Shown here: in pieces, positions 63,031 to 64,000 of the stretch | Layout: each line of letters starts with the position of its first letter | How positions within the stretch are numbered: position 1 is the stretch's first letter | From: Gordius albopunctatus | Taxonomy: Eukaryota | Assembly (NCBI GenBank): GCA_964276515.1 | Contig: OZ193910.1 | Coordinates: forward strand, 1,426,001 to 1,490,000 | Direction of reading: 5' to 3' | Length of the DNA stretch: 64,000 nucleotides | Notes under the pieces: model-generated | Told to the model about the DNA's origin: nothing | The model's database searches: none | Seen by the model: only the letters and a program-made list of their open reading frames with translations | Program-made: the position numbers and the translations under genes

Positions 63031-64000
63031 GGTTACCTATTCAAAAGATTTAACCTTTATTATTCAAGTATTCATGCACCCTAATCGTAAAAGTAAAAAC
63101 GTCCAAGTATTTGAAGGTCTCGCGATTCACCGTTATTATTCACACAAATAACCTCGACAGATGTGTATATAAACGCGATGTTTTAACTAAAAATATTCTT
63201 TCATTCAATCCTTTCTATTATTCGGAAATAAAATAGTTGTTTGCTCTCATACAATCCTTTGTTTAATAAATATTTTATTTATTACTATTTATAGGGACTT
63301 GAGCAGCAACAAAATGGTGACCCCGGCGCCGAAAATGGAAATGAAACAAGAGGATGAAGATTCGACTGGGGAAAATACGATATACTTCAAACTCCCCATT
63401 TTTAACGCCTTAAATCCAAGAATTTGGTTTATCCAAATCGAATCTCTTTTAAAAATACGTAAAATTAAAAATGAATTCACTAAATTATGGTATCTCATTG
63501 AAAACCTGCCACAAGAGGTGACCTCTGAAATACAAGATCTTTTAGAAAACATCCCAAACGAAGCTCCGTTTACTACCCTCAAAGAAGCTATAATTACACG
63601 TACATCCAGGAGTGATATGCTGCGTCTTCATGATCTAATTACTAACGTAAAATTGGGTGACCGAACCCCTTCTCAACTATTGCGTTATATGAGAACCTTA
63701 TTAGGTAAACATTCAATGGACGATACTATACTCAAACAGCTCTGGATGGACAAACTACCAGGTACAATGACAGGAATACTATCGAATTTTCCCCAAGACC
63801 AATCTCCCACAAAATTGGCAGAAACTGCAGATAAGATAGCGGCTACCTATCACGTAAGCCCGATAATTAATTCTCTAAACCCAGGTCTAAATAAAGAGAT
63901 GGAAGAACTTAAAGAGCTCGTAAAAAAACTTAATGTCACAGTAGAAACACTAAAAAGGGATGTACAAAAAGTACGATCACGATCATTTTCAAGACATATA
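63031..64000 (+). mobile_element. gag: 5' end of another Gypsy element: LTR (ends ...CAACA at 63311, start approximate), tRNA-Trp-type PBS, and gag running off the window
   Basis: TGGTGACCCCG at 63315. Open frame from ATG 63314/63335: KLPIFNALNPRIWFIQIE...LGDRTPSQLLRYMR...LWMDKLP, a typical Gypsy gag N-terminus. Confidence 0.85.

Overview
AT-rich, intron-rich animal (probably invertebrate) genomic DNA; all calls were made by eye, with no database searches. Host genes are: the terminal coding exon of an unidentified + strand gene (1808-2533); a complete alpha-actinin gene on the - strand (7326-19840, about 901 aa, with a pair of mutually exclusive 86-nt exons and one GC-AG intron); an inverted, degenerate two-exon alpha-actinin fragment (25899-26151); and a 5-exon PDCD2L/TSR4-like gene (56477-57808). 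Most of 26-64 kb is nested transposons. The most striking element is a very young Ty3/Gypsy LTR retrotransposon (element A, 26493-32347, - strand, LTRs identical by eye, ATTCC target-site duplication). Its ORF1 shows no recognisable capsid domain and is instead a predicted transmembrane helix fused to a CCHC knuckle. ORF1 is joined in frame to pol through a UGA-CUAG readthrough-type stop. A third, non-env ORF with an Arg-rich region and a zinc knuckle lies after pol, directly behind a branch point and AG acceptor. A diverged homolog of that ORF3, with the same splice signal, sits in a second Gypsy remnant at 54753-55238. Also present: a ~942-bp-unit tandem array of a mini LTR element (35639-~44301), a degenerate conventional Gypsy (~50396-54403), two intron-containing MULE transposase relics, several hAT derivatives and MITEs, RTE-like LINE fragments, a solo LTR, and the start of another Gypsy gag at the right edge.
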